Part shown: one piece after another, positions 1 through 14,507 of the stretch | How positions within the stretch are numbered: the first letter of the stretch is position 1 | How the letters are laid out: every line of letters starts with the position of its first letter | Assembly: GCA_951406725.2 (NCBI GenBank) | Contig: OX597836.1 | Location: 35,216,001 to 35,280,000, forward strand | Reading direction: 5' to 3' | Length of the DNA stretch: 64,000 nt | Source of the DNA: Octopus vulgaris | Taxonomy: Eukaryota | Position numbers and translations under genes: made by a program | Notes under the pieces: generated by a model | Told to the model about the DNA's origin: nothing | The model's database searches: none | The model's input: only the letters and a program-made list of their open reading frames with translations

Positions 1-2003
1 GTTGGAAATTGAAAAATGTCTGCAACTCTCCCATGAAAAGGAAAGAGCAGACAAAGAAGCCTGCGCTATAGACAACATAAAATCTAACCCCAGAACTTTC
101 TACAGGTATGCCAAAGAAACAGCTACGGTGCATTGTAGGATAGGGCCACTCCTTGAAAAGGATGGCACTCTCACAGGAAATCCAATGAGGATAAGTGAAA
201 TACTAAATGAGCAATTCAAGAGTATTTTCACTCCACCCCTAGGGCATTTCATGTCAGCAATCCAACTGACTTCTTTACCATTGCAAATATAAAATCAGAG
301 GCAGCGTTGATTGATTACATCAATATAAAGGAAGACGATGTAATAAAGGCTATAGATGAAATGAAATAAACTCAGCTACTGGACCCGATGGATTCTCAGC
401 AATCCTTCGAAAAGTATGTAAGAGAGTCCTAGCAAGACCACTGCAGTTCCTCTTTCAGAGCTTCCTTTGCAACTGGCAAACTTCCAAGAAAACTGAAGGA
501 AGGTAAAATATGCCCTATTCATAAAGGAGGTAGCAGAGCGGAGGCCAAGAACAACAGACCTAATTTTCTGACCACACAAATCAGCAAGTTCATGGAACGA
601 ATAGTCAGAAGGAAACTAATCACCTTCCTTGAAGAAAATGACTTGCTGCCTAACACCCAACATGGTTTCCGACCAGGAAGAAGCTGCCTAACTCAGCTCC
701 TACAACACTATGACTGGGTGCTGAAACGACTGCTCAACCACTCAAATGTGGAAGTCATATAACTCGACTTTGCAAAGGCCTTTGATAAAGTCGATCATGG
801 AATGATATGTCACAAACTGCGTGATCTTGGCATTGTTGGAAAATTGGGAGAATGGCTTCAACGACTTTCTGAAGGATAGAAGCCAGGTGGTAGTAGCCAA
901 TTTATCTATTAACACGCAAAAAGTGAGCGCTGTTCTGCAAGGAACTGTTTTGGGACCACTGCTGTTCATAATAGTCCTCTCAGACATGCCCTCAGCCACG
1001 CAGAGAGCCACGATCACAAGTTATGCATATGATGCAAAAGTTTCACAGGCAATACAGAACCCTAAAGACACTAAGCACCTGCAATGTGAGCTGGACAAAA
1101 TATACAAGTGGGCTGAAAAGAATAGTATGCAGTTCAATGCTGTAAAGTTTCAAGCTTTATGCTATCAGCATGCAAAACTAAATGCAATACCCAATAAATA
1201 CACTGGACCTGGAGGGATTGCAATCCCAGAGGCACAATCAGTGCGAGACCTGGGTATTTACATGAGTGATGATGCAACCTTTCACGTGCATGTTGCTAAA
1301 TTGGCAATGAAATATAGGCGGCTGACCGGATGGATTCTTAGAACCTTTAGAACAAGAGACCAGGAAACCATGATGGTCCTCTGGAGGACACTTGTCCTAA
1401 GCCACTTTGACTATTGCTCTCAGCTATGGTCACCATCCAGTGTCAAGTTAATCACAGAACTTGAGGCGATCCAACGAAGCTACACGAAGAAGATAGCCTC
1501 TGTGCAGCATATAAGCTATTGGGAAAGACTCAAGAGATCAATAGCTACTCTATTCCTTAGAGCGTAGGCGAGAAAGATATGCCATAATATACATCTGGAA
1601 GATACTAGAAGGACTTGTCCCAAACTTTGGCATCGAGAGTTACAAAAATGCTAGAACTGGGCGCCACTGCATAGTGCCAAGGACTCCAAATTTGTAGGAC
1701 AAGATACTGTGATAGCCTGGGCTTCAGAGGCCCACAGCTCTTCAATATCCTCCCGAAGAACCTGAGAGACCTGCATGGGGTGGATGCAGATGTCTTTAAA
1801 ATAAAACTGTATCTCTTCCTGTTAGGTGTCCCAGATGAACCAACTTCACGGCAGGAGGTGCAGATGAGGGCAGTTGCATCGAACTCTCTCATGCACCAAA
1901 TGGCAATTACTAAAAAGCATTCGTGAAGTAAAATCATGTAGCAACACCAAATGGCGGTGCCCCAGCATGGCCACAGCTCGTGAGCTGAATCTAGATAAGA
2001 AAG

Positions 2004-2005
<2 letters not shown>
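1..2005 (+). mobile_element. Non-LTR retrotransposon (CR1/L2-group LINE), RT region and 3' end, frameshifted
   Basis: GPDG, DF.KAFD, QG.VLGP.LF, YAYD (degenerate YADD), DLG, DYCS.LWSP, SLERRR motifs across frames; ends in a stem-loop tail followed by (TA)n. Confidence 0.9.
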
Positions 2006-2041
<36 letters not shown>

Positions 2042-2591
2042 GTCTACATATATATATATATATGTCAGATACGCGCACACACACATATACACACACACGC
2101 ACTCACATACACATACGCATTCACACACACACATTTCGGCTTCTTTCTTACTCTTTTTATTTTTGAAAGAAGGGAAGTTTGAGCTGGCATATCGGTGGGG
2201 AGAGGTTTCTAGGGCTGCTATTTTTTGCTTTCTTTCGTTCTTTCTTTCTTTCTTTCTTTCTTACTTTCTTCTTCCTTCTTTTCTATATTTCCTTTTTTCA
2301 AAGAAGGTAAGGGTGAGAAGATAGAGAAACGGAGAGAGAGAGAGAGAAATATATCCAAAGACATAGAGCTGTAAGTGACCTTCTATGTACCCCAAATCCC
2401 GGTCTTCCAAGAAGTCAAATGATATCTTTAGAAATTTCTAAAGGTTTCTACTGCTGTGTGAGGAGGTCGATGTGTGTGTGTGTGTGTGTGTGTGCGTGTG
2501 TGTGTGTGTTTGTAAGGCGAAAGAAAGATGATATTGACTTATACACTCTATATATAGTTATATAGGTGTCTGTAGTTATATGAAGCTATGC

Positions 2592-2648
<57 letters not shown>

Positions 2649-2669
2649 CATATATATATTTTTATATAT

Positions 2670-2724
<55 letters not shown>

Positions 2725-2733
2725 CACATATAC

Positions 2734-2794
<61 letters not shown>

Positions 2795-3099
2795 TATATA
2801 TAAATATAGATAAATAATTAAGAAAGTAGCAACAAGTTACTTCACCACATATTCGAAAATTTAGAAATAACAGCCAAAGACAGCTAATTCGTTTTACTAG
2901 AGACATAGTGAAAGGAATTAACTGTCTTTCGCTGCTATTTCTAAATTTTCATATAATGAAGCAACTTGTTGCTAAACCCTTAATTATATATATTAAAAGA
3001 TATTTTTAAACAAGTTTTTACGATAATGGTTCTTTTTACCTTACCCAAATTACCTGGTAAAATTTATTAATTATGAAATTACTAATTCTTTACCATACA

Positions 3100-3189
<90 letters not shown>

Positions 3190-3707
3190 TAATTGTATGC
3201 CCGTGAACGATATGTGTGCAGGGTATATATCTATATGACAGTGAATGGGAGAGGGTAAATTATAGAAAGAGAAATGCAGAGAGAGAGAGACATCCAAAGG
3301 CGACATGGAACCTTAGGGACCTTTTATGTACCCCAAATCCCGTTCTTACTAGAAGTTAAATGAAATCTTTTGAAAAAGCAGGTTGCCGCTGCTGTGTGGG
3401 GAGGGGTGAACGGTGTGAGGGCTGACTGCTGACCTCTCCCCCACCCGCTCACTTTGTAAAACTCACTTAATCACTACCAAAGGTATGTTTAACAGTTTGG
3501 AACTATAAAAAAGGGTGGTGGAGGCCCATGGTGACCCGCGGCCTAGAAATGCTTCAACCCTCAATCGCACACTTTCAATATATATTAACTACATATTCCG
3601 CGAAGGACATATTCTCTCCCCATTCTCACTTATTCTCTCTCTCTTTCCATATATGTATTCTTTTATTCCTTTACCTATCTACATGTCTATGTATGTATGT
3701 ATGTATG

Positions 3708-3806
<99 letters not shown>

Positions 3807-4475
3807 ATCTGTCTGTCTTTCTCTCTATCTGTCTGCCTGCCTGCATATCTGCCTCCCTGTCTATCTATCTGTCTATGTATCTCTCTGTCTCTATCTATCT
3901 ATCTTTCTATCTAGGTACATATCTTTCTGTCTATCTTCATTTCCACCTGTCTATCCATACCTGGGGCTATACCGAGGCGAAAACACACGCACTCATGTAC
4001 ACACACACACACATTTATTCATATATGTACCTGTATGTACGGGTGTGTGTGTGTGTACATGTATGTGTGTATTCCTCATTATGTATATGCCTATGTGTGT
4101 GTGAGTACACGTTTATCTATGAGATGTAGATTTACGTACATATTTACACACATCAATTTTGAGCTTTCAATATTTAGCTAATATAATAGTATCTACACAC
4201 AGATGTACCTTCATATAGACACTCTTATTCATGACCATGTACTCGCATATCGATTTCTAAGAACACCTTTTCTCAATTTTGAAATTCAAGAAAAAAAAGA
4301 AAAAAAAGAAAAGAAAAAAAAAAAACAGACGCCAAATCTTCTTTACTTTAAGTTTATTAATGATTGCGTTACATGAAATATATGAAGTTAGTTAGAGTCT
4401 CTGAGATGTGGTCTGCAAAGACGCCACGAAATTATGCTTAGTGGAATTTATTTACATCTTACAAATATTCGGAAA

Positions 4476-5524
4476 TTATAAACCAACGGTCATCTGAAAG
4501 AGAAAATGGAATTATTGATAAAATATATATGAAAGTATCAGAGTGGAATGTACTAATGCCCAAATGAATCTCTATGGCTGGATATCACAAAAATTCATAT
4601 TTTATAATTGAGACTTATCCCTAATGAATGGAGTGTAGAAACGATCTTTTCAGTAATTTGAATATATTAATCAGAATTGAGAAATAAATATAAAGCAATG
4701 GGAAAAGGAGCGAAATCTCTTATAAATCAGTCCATATTGACTTAAGAAAATAATTTCAGATTGGATAATTAAAGCTTCACATAAGAAAACAGAGTGGAAA
4801 TCGTTAGAATGTCAGCATTTTTCAGCATTTTAACTTCGATTTGTCTGAGCTAAGACTCAAAATCTGCAGCTAAACAAGGTAAATTAGGTGAAAACATACC
4901 AGAAAGTACTGCCAATGGGCTTCGTGGACTTTTTGCTGCATTGTTTTACTCGGAGTAGCATCTGTTTCATTACATACTTTAACGTGGTCCCTTGATTTTT
5001 GACGCGACGGAAACGTTTTGTGACATCGTCCACATTCGAATGGTTCATCTATAAAATGCTTCAGAACATGGTCCTGAAATGTAACGATATTAATTGTTCG
5101 TTTCAATGTATTGATAGGTTATACATAAAGAGAAATCAATGAATTTGGAAATATTAAATACATTCATAGAGTATAAAGTAAAATATAATAATAATATGAA
5201 TATACATACATTGAAATGACCACGGTGTCTGAAATGTTTATCACAAAGTTTACAGGTAAACCGAAATTTCTCTTCATGAACAAGCTTGTGGTAGTTTAAT
5301 GAAGTATTTCGAGTGAATCTCTTCTTACATATGTCGCACTGGTACGGCTTGACGCCTGTAAAAAGAAAGTAATAATTATCATTATCTGAACATGATTAAA
5401 ATACTTTGAGCATCAACTGAAATAAAATGTATAAATGCAATGACTTACCGTAATGACTCCTCATGTGAGTTGTTAATGAAGATTTCGAAGTAAATGTCTT
5501 GGAACATAATGAACATGTGCACAT
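4476..5524 (-). CDS. Small C2H2 zinc-finger protein (~137 aa, three C2H2 fingers + one C2HC); exons 5524-5449, 5355-5210, 5073-4900, 4493-4476
   Basis: Joined translation MCTCSLCSKTFTSKSSLTTHMRSHYGVKPYQCDICKKRFTRNTSLNYHKLVHEEKFRFTCKLCDKHFRHRGHFNDHVLKHFIDEPFECGRCHKTFPSRQKSRDHVKVC...; GT-AG introns with matching phases; HTGEKPY-like linker HYGVKPY; AATAAA at 4358-4353. The last exon and the start codon are less certain. Confidence 0.82.
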
Positions 5525-5719
5525 CGTGCTTATATTGTATAAGTTGGGATGAATAAATGGAAAAATTGATGTAGTTTATATGTGTGTGTGTGGTTTGTAT
5601 AATCTTGTATATCTAATTAGAAATATTAAAAGAAATATAAGTGTGTGTATAATGTAAATCGATGGAGATGTGAAAGGCAAGAGAGGGAGAGAAGCTGGTC
5701 ACCTTCCTGTCATATACTA

Positions 5720-6197
5720 AGGTATGAATAGGTAAATAATTAAGGGATGCAGCCTATTTGTAGTACTACAAATTTTCAAGACACTCACACACATACACAT
5801 CTTATTAGCTTCTTTCTTTGTTTCTTTCTTTCTTTTTAAAGTAGATAAAGGTGAGATGGTATAAGTGAAGGATAGGTCGCATTTGGGGGCTGCTATTCAC
5901 TGCTTAACACCCACCCCTAAACAAACACACACGTCTTTTAGCTTTTGTCTTTCTTTCCTTTTTTTAAAGAAGGTAATGACGTGGCGGGAAAGGTTTAGGA
6001 TAGGTAGGTAATTTGGGCTGCTATTTTCTGCTTATCTCCCACCCACCATCTCAAACACACACACATTTCAATAGCTTTATCATTTCTGTCTTTCTTTCTT
6101 TATTTAAATATTTTAAAAAAGGTAAGTTTCAGCTGGTATAGGTGTGGGGTAGTTAGTTGTTTGTGGCTAGTATTGGCTGCTTAACTCCCAGTCCCCA

Positions 6198-6243
<46 letters not shown>

Positions 6244-6700
6244 ACTCTCTCTCTCTCTCTCTCTCACTTTACTTCTTTCTCACACACACACATCCCTATA
6301 AGCCCTTACATATACACATGTCTATTAGGGAAATTTTGTTAATACTGCGTCGTAAGCTTTGAACGCAACAATCCATGCGTGACCTCTTCTGTGAGCGATA
6401 CGATGGACTTTTACCTTTAAGCATAATATATTTAAAGGTATATGCATTATATTTGTTTAAATATAACATATTTTGGGGTGAATATGAAATAAATTCCTTT
6501 AAACGAATCGTTTAAAATTGTTCATATAATATTTTAATATTGGTATACGGAATAAAAAGTAATAACTTATATGCGTGTGCATACACATATATATGTTTGT
6601 GTGTTTGTGTGTTTGTAAGGTAGATGGAGAATTGATATTGATTTATATACCTTTATATATACATATCTATATATATTTACATACGCATCTGTAATTATAA
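5720..6700 (+). repeat. ~0.95-kb segment duplicated at 8435-9350; contains three diverged ~140-bp subrepeats
   Basis: Long colinear matches (e.g. GCGTCGTAAGCTTTG...GATGGACTTTTACCTTTAAGCAT). Confidence 0.85.
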
Positions 6701-6719
6701 GATGTTATACATACATACA

Positions 6720-6785
<66 letters not shown>

Positions 6786-6941
6786 TGTTTATTTATGTAG
6801 ATATGTATATATATATGTACATACAAGCATTTTTATTTTTATATACATGTATACATATGTATAGGTATATATATGTGTGTATATCTATATATATATATAT
6901 GTATACAGATATAAGCATATACATATATACTTATATGTATG

Positions 6942-7056
<115 letters not shown>

Positions 7057-7227
7057 GAGTTTGCGAAGAAAGCAAAAGACGAAGACAGGTGGTGTACAAA
7101 ACAAAGTGATGTATTAGTACAACGCTCAGGAATAGAAAAAGTCTTTTACGTTTCTACAGAAAGGGGCACAGAAAAGACAAGGAGAGAAAAAAAATTTGTG
7201 TAGTGGCTAACGATCTATCACGGAGGC

Positions 7228-7358
<131 letters not shown>

Positions 7359-7522
7359 ATATACACACACGTATGTTTATCTATGTAGATATGTATATAT
7401 ATACGTACAAATACGTATGTTTTTTTATGTATATATGTATACATATATATATGGACATATATATGTGTGTATATCTATGTATATATATATATATGTATAC
7501 AGATATAAGCATATAAATCAAT

Positions 7523-7573
<51 letters not shown>

Positions 7574-7802
7574 CATAATTATGTCCACATATATAAACTT
7601 ATCTATGTATGTCTATAAATATATATGTATATACATTCATATATATATATATCTGTATACATATATATGTTTTTATATATAACTATATATATATGTATTT
7701 TTTCCTTCTTCCCTTCTTTCCTGAGCGTCCAATAATACTTTATTTGCTCCACATCCTTGCGTTGTTGTTTTTTGTGTTCTTGTTTGGATTAACTATATAT
7801 AT

Positions 7803-7922
7803 ATATTGTTATATTTCGGAATGGTCATATTGCCAGTTTAGCCAATAAAAACACACGCACTATATATTTGGTGTTTTTATTGGCTAAACTGGCAATATGA
7901 CCATTCCGAAATATAACAATAT
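7803..7922. repeat. Perfect inverted repeat, 52-bp arms, 16-nt loop
   Basis: 7803-7854 is the exact reverse complement of 7871-7922. Confidence 0.95.
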
Positions 7923-7976
7923 GTGTTTCAACACACGACTTCACATAAAAAATCTTGCACAACAAATATTTAAACG

Positions 7977-8011
<35 letters not shown>

Positions 8012-8014
8012 ATT

Positions 8015-8112
<98 letters not shown>

Positions 8113-8434
8113 GATATATATATAGAAAGAGAGTGAGAGAGAGAGAATTAAGTGTGTAGCAACAAGTTGTTTCACCACATACCGAAAATTTTAAAATAGC
8201 AGACAAAGTCAGCTAATTCGTGTAACTAGAGACATAGTGAATGGAATTAGGTGTCTTCGGCTGCTATTTCTAAAATTTCGGTGTGTGGTGAAGCAACTTG
8301 TTGCTAAACCCGTAATTATATTTATAATTATGTATAAAAAAAAAAACTTTTTGTACAAGGTTTTACCGATAAATGTTCTTTTTCCATACCAAAACTACTT
8401 GCTAATATTTATTAATTATTAAATTAATACTACT

Positions 8435-9350
8435 TTACTCTAAATAGGCAAATAATTATGGGATGTAGTCTATTTGTAGGACTACAAAATTTCAAGACAT
8501 GCACACACATCTAGATCTGCTTCTTTCTTTCTTTCTTTCTTTTCTTTTAAAGTATATAACGGTGAGTTGGTATAGGTGTAGGATAGGTCGCATTTGGGGG
8601 CTGCTATTCACTGCTTAACTCCCACCCCTCAAACACACACACTTCTGTCTTTCTTTCCTTTTTTAAAGAAGGTAATGGTGAGGCGGGAAAGGTGTAAGAT
8701 AGGTAGGTAATTTAGGGCTGCTATTTTCTGTTTACATCCCACTTACCATCTCAAACACACACACGTTTCAACAGCTTCTTTCTTTCTTTCGTTCTTTCTT
8801 TAAGTTTTTAAAGAAGATGGGGTTGAGCTGGTATAGGTGTGGGGTAGTTAGTTGTTTGTGGCTAGTATTGGCTGCTTAACTCCCAGCCCCCATCACTCTC
8901 TCTCTCTCTTTCTCTCTTTCTCTCTCTCTTTACTTCTTTCTCACACTCACATCCCTATAAGCCCTTATTCATATCCACGTACAAATAACTCCTGAAAGCT
9001 ATTAGCGAAATTTTGATAGTAATGCGTCGTAAGCTTTGGACGCAACAATCCATGCGTGACCTCTTCTGTGAGCGATACGATGGACTTTTACCTTTAAGCA
9101 TTATATATTTAAAGGTATATGCATTATATTTATGTTTAAATATAACATATTTTGGGGTAAATATAAAATAAATTCCTTTAAACGAAACGTTTTTAATGGT
9201 TCATATAAGATTTTAATATTGGTATACGGAATAAAAGGTAATAACTTATATGCGTGTGCATACACATATACGTGTGTGTGTGTGTGTTTGGGTGTTTGTA
9301 AGGTAGATGGAGAGGTGATATTGATTTATATACCTTTTATATATATATAT
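8435..9350 (+). repeat. Direct duplicate of 5720-6700
   Basis: As above. Confidence 0.85.
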
Positions 9351-9512
9351 ATATATATATAACTATAATAATAATATTAAGGAGTAAAACCAAACTTACA
9401 GGGAAAAATTAGATTTAGTTTTATCTCTAATTTAATATATATATATAACTCTATATTTATATACTAATCTGTAATTATCTGAAGCTCTTTATATATATAT
9501 ATATGTATAATT

Positions 9513-9660
<148 letters not shown>

Positions 9661-11857
9661 GCATCGGCACGCTTGATGCCATCTTTGACAACGAACAAAG
9701 TAAAGATGGCAAGGATGGAAGTACGGATGCTGATGAAAGATGTCACCCCCACTTGGTAGACACCCACGACAACGCAGAAGATTCAAGTGAGACACCTTCC
9801 TCGGGAAGTAAACCCAAGTGCACGTACCCCTACCAGCACCAAAATCCAAAGCCACGGAGATGAAAGAGCCAAAAAAGAAGTAAAAGGAGGAAAAACTAAA
9901 AGAAAAACAAAAGATGAAACACCCAAATAGGGAAAAATAAAACTCAAACAAAACCAAAAGATGAAACAGCCAAGGATAGAAGCAAACCTGACTATCCATA
10001 TACCAAAAAGGATAGAAAGGGACAGCGCCCGCGAATGTGTAAATTCTAACTGAACGGTGTCTGCTGGCATTGAGAGGAATGTGCAGGGTGCCGTTTTGCA
10101 CACCAAAGACCCTGTCACATAAACATCAAACAGGGGAGAAGCCAACTACCGAAAGGAAAAGGTATAGACCACGCACCACCTGCCCCAAAACGGAGGTACG
10201 CAGATGTATTGCGTGCTACAAACCACCAACATGTTATCGAAAGGGCAGCTGCTGAATAAGAATCTTTTTTGCGCATGGCACAAAAGATTGTACAGCAGCT
10301 AACCTGGCTCCATCAAACTCAAACTCACAGATGGGCCTATCCACAATACGCAAGACCGCCACAGCAAATAGACCCAAGGTAGACACCACCGGCAACAGCA
10401 TACACATCACCTCGATGCTCCTACTGAAGATCAGAGGACTGCTAACACTCAGTAACAGGACAAAAATCCCGTTCATGTGAGACCATGTTGCATGCAATCA
10501 AGCCTTATGCATAGCACTTACGGAAACACACCTGAAACTGGACAAAGCAGATGCGGAAATACACATACCACAGTATGTTGTATTACGGACCGACAGAAAA
10601 GAAAGGAGTCATGGGGAAGTTTCTATGTACATCCGCGAGGACCTCACACCCCAGGTCCTTTTGTCATACTCAAATTCGCTGTGTGACACACTAATTGTAC
10701 ATATAAGGCAACTTGGTGTAGTTATATGTGCTACATATGCCCCAAGCCAAATGCCCAAAGTCATGTAGGCAAGTTTGAAGACTGCCTTATAAAAATAGAA
10801 GTTCTAGTCACATTAGAACAACACATAAGTGTACTTCTTATGGGAGACTTCAATCTGCCCAATGTCAAATGGCCCGAGGTTCTTTCTCTCCCAGGAATGA
10901 CACGATGCGAACGAGGACAGGCGAGGTCCCTTCTGAACCTCATCAACACTCTGTACATGGAGCAAATAATACTCCAACCAACCAGGGCAGGTAACATATT
11001 GGATCTCTGCTTCACAAATAATATGGATCTTATCCATAATGTGAAAGTGACACCGATACTACTCTCGGATCACAACATGATCATGTACTGGCCAAAGGAA
11101 AGCATGGACATGCAATCTATAAGAAATTCTCAGAATCTTTCCAGCTTGAACTTCCATAAGGCAAACTGGAAACAAATTGAGAAAGAGATCCTCAAACAAA
11201 ACTGGCCTGAATGTCTCTCCTCGCCAGACATCGACATGAAACTTCAACAATTCATGTCTGTAATGCAAGCCATATGCTACAAATGTGTCCCAGAGAGATA
11301 GGCCACTATACACGAGAACAAAATCCCCAGAGAGAGGAAATTCTAATGAGAGGGCGTACAAAAGTTTCAAATCGCCAAAACAAGCAAATTGAAAGCAGTG
11401 TAAGTGCCGCCTGAAAATAAAACTGTTGGAATTTGAAAAATGTCTGCAACTCTCCCATGAAAAGGAAAGAGCAGACAAAGAAGCCTGGGCTATAGACAAC
11501 ATAAAATCTAACCCCAGAACTTTCTACAGGTATGCCAAAGAAACAGCTACGGTGCACTGTAGGATAGGGCCACTCATTGAAAATGATGGCACACACACAG
11601 GAAATCCAATGAGGATAAGTGAAATACTAAATGAGCAATTCAAGAATATTTTCACTCCACCCCTAGTGCATTTTCAAGTGAGCAATCCAACTGACTTCTT
11701 AACCACTGCAGATATAAAATCAGAGGCAGCGATGATTGATTACATCAATATAAAGGAAGACGATGTAATAAAGGCTATAGATGAAATGAAAATAAACTCA
11801 GCTACTGGCCCCGATGGATTCTCAGCAATCCTTCTAAAAGTATGTAAGAGAGTCCTA
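9661..11857 (+). mobile_element. Second copy of the same LINE: 5' region, APE endonuclease, truncated at the start of RT
   Basis: LTET, GDFNLP, PTR...LDL, SDH endonuclease motifs; 11426-11857 is near-identical to 2-431. Confidence 0.88.
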
Positions 11858-12336
11858 AGAAAATGTTGGTAGTACAGTGTGGGAAGAAATGGTCTCAAGA
11901 ATCCATGCATAACCTCCACGGGGAGATATAAGGAAGACTTTTACATTTAACTATAATATATTTAAAGGTCAACATATTTTACTTTTAAATATACATTTTG
12001 ATGGAAATATATTCCTTTATGGGAATTGTGCAAGGTTGCACAACACCCACATCGTCAAAAGGAACAAATAAGTGACATCTCGGTGGGTCCTTAGTGGTTT
12101 ATTTTAAAGGCGGCGGTGCTCCAGCATAGCCGCATCAAATGACTGAAACAAATATAAGAATAAAAGAATATATGTATTTACATATATAAATATATATGTG
12201 CACACACAAATAAACACGTGTGTCTGCATGTGTGTGTGTTTTGTGATATCTGGAGAGACGATTATATATTCTTTACTATGCTTCAGCCTTGAGGCTGTGG
12301 CCATGCTGGGGCACACACACTGATATAGTTTGATAA

Positions 12337-12367
<31 letters not shown>

Positions 12368-12419
12368 AATACATAGATGTGTATATATATATATATGTAT
12401 ATAAATATATAAATATATA

Positions 12420-12456
<37 letters not shown>

Positions 12457-13223
12457 TATACACATATATATAGGCGCAGGAGTGGCTGTGTGGTAAGTAG
12501 CTTGCTAGCCAACCACATGGTTCCGGGTTCAGTCCCACTGGGTGGCATCTTGGCCAAGTGTCTTCTGCTATAGCCCCGGGCCGACTAATGCCTTGTGAGT
12601 GGATTTGGTAGATGGAAACTGAAAGAAGCCCGTCGTGTATATATATATATATATATGTGTTTATATATTTATATATTTATATACATATATATATACACAT
12701 CTATGTATTAATATATATATATATACATATATATATATTTATCAAACTATATCTGTGGGTGTGCCCCAGCATGGCCACAGCCTAAAGGCTGAAGCATAGT
12801 AAAGAATTTATAATCGTCTCTCCAGTTATCACAAAACACACACATACATGCAGACACACGTGTTTATTTGTGTGTGCACATATATATTTATATATATAAA
12901 TACATTTATTCTTTTATTCTTATATTTGTTTCAGTCATTTGACTGCGGCCATGCTGGAGCACCGCCACCTTTAAAATAAACCACTAAGGACCCACCGAGA
13001 TGTCACTTATTTGTTCCTTTTGACGTTGTGGGTGTTGTGCAACCTTGCACAATACCCATAAAGGAATATATTTCCTTCAAAATGTATATTTAAAAGTAAA
13101 ATATGTTAACCTTTTAATATATTATAATTAAATGTAAAAGTCTTCCTTATATCTCCCCGTGGAGGTTATGCATGGATTCTTGAGACCGTTTCTTCCCACA
13201 CTGTACTACCAACATTTTCTTAG
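11855..13223. repeat. 1.37-kb inverted duplication, ~570-bp arms, ~230-bp spacer
   Basis: CTAAGAAAATGTTGGTAG... mirrored by ...CTACCAACATTTTCTTAG; arms pair inward to ~12425/12657. Confidence 0.92.
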
Positions 13224-13655
13224 TAATCTTTCAATATCGTAAATCCTCGAGTATAATCCGCATTTTCCCACCAAAATTTAAAGATCAAAGTCCCTAGTGC
13301 GTACTATACATGAGGTTAAAAACGAAAATTATTTTCTAAGCAATGTCCGAGGCTCTATTTGGTGTCCGGCAATTTTTATTCAGAAGCATTTTGTGATGCC
13401 GGGCGCGAAAATACCTTAAGCTAAGCCTGAAAGCCATGAAGTCATAAAAGAATCATCCATAACTTGCAGTAAGCAACATTTATTAAACGTTATTACTGTT
13501 ATTTCTTTATTTTCTGCAAACAGGAGTGGTATATAGGCGCAGGAGATATATATGTATGTATGTATATATGTATATATATATATATATATATGCTTCAGCC
13601 TTTAGGCTGTGGCCATACTGGGGCACACACATAGATATAGTTTGATAAATATGTA

Positions 13656-13695
<40 letters not shown>

Positions 13696-13743
13696 TACAT
13701 AGATGTGTATATATATATATGTATATAAATATATAAATATATA

Positions 13744-13807
<64 letters not shown>

Positions 13808-13809
<2 letters not shown>

Positions 13810-13969
13810 CGCAGGAGTGGCTGTGTGGTAAGTAGCTTGCTAACCAACCACATGGTTGCGGGTTCAGTCCCACTGCGTGGCATCTTGGGCAAGTGTCTTC
13901 TGCTATAGCCCCGGGCCAACTAATGCGTTGTGAGTGGATTTGGTAGACGGAAACTGAAAGAAGCCTGTC

Positions 13970-14023
<54 letters not shown>

Positions 14024-14207
14024 ATGTGCTTGTGTGTCTGTGTTTGTCTCCCTAGCATTGCTTGACAACCGATGCTGGTGTGTTTACGTCCCCGTAACTT
14101 AGCAGTTCGGCAAAAGAGATCGATCGAATAAGTAATGGGCTTACAAAGAATAAGTCCCGGGGTTGATTTGCTCGACTAAAGACGGTGCACCAAAACAAGT
14201 TAAAGAG
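13808..14207 (+). mobile_element. tRNA-derived SINE family A
   Basis: A box TGGCTGTGTGG, B box GGTTCAGTCCC, internal microsatellite; roughly 20 full or partial copies in the window. Confidence 0.85.
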
Positions 14208-14233
14208 TATATATATATATATACTCTTTTACT

Positions 14234-14272
<39 letters not shown>

Positions 14273-14475
14273 CATACTTATATACATATATACATACATA
14301 TACTGAGATGCATTCAAATATTTACATATACATCTATGTGTATGTGTTGCTATCTATGTATATAAATACGTGTATCTGTAGATGATGGGTCTGCAAGGCA
14401 TATGAGTGCGTGTGACAAAGAAAGGAACAGAGTAGATGAGGGAAAAAGCAGAGAGAGAGAGAGAGAGAGAAGGGG

Positions 14476-14507
<32 letters not shown>

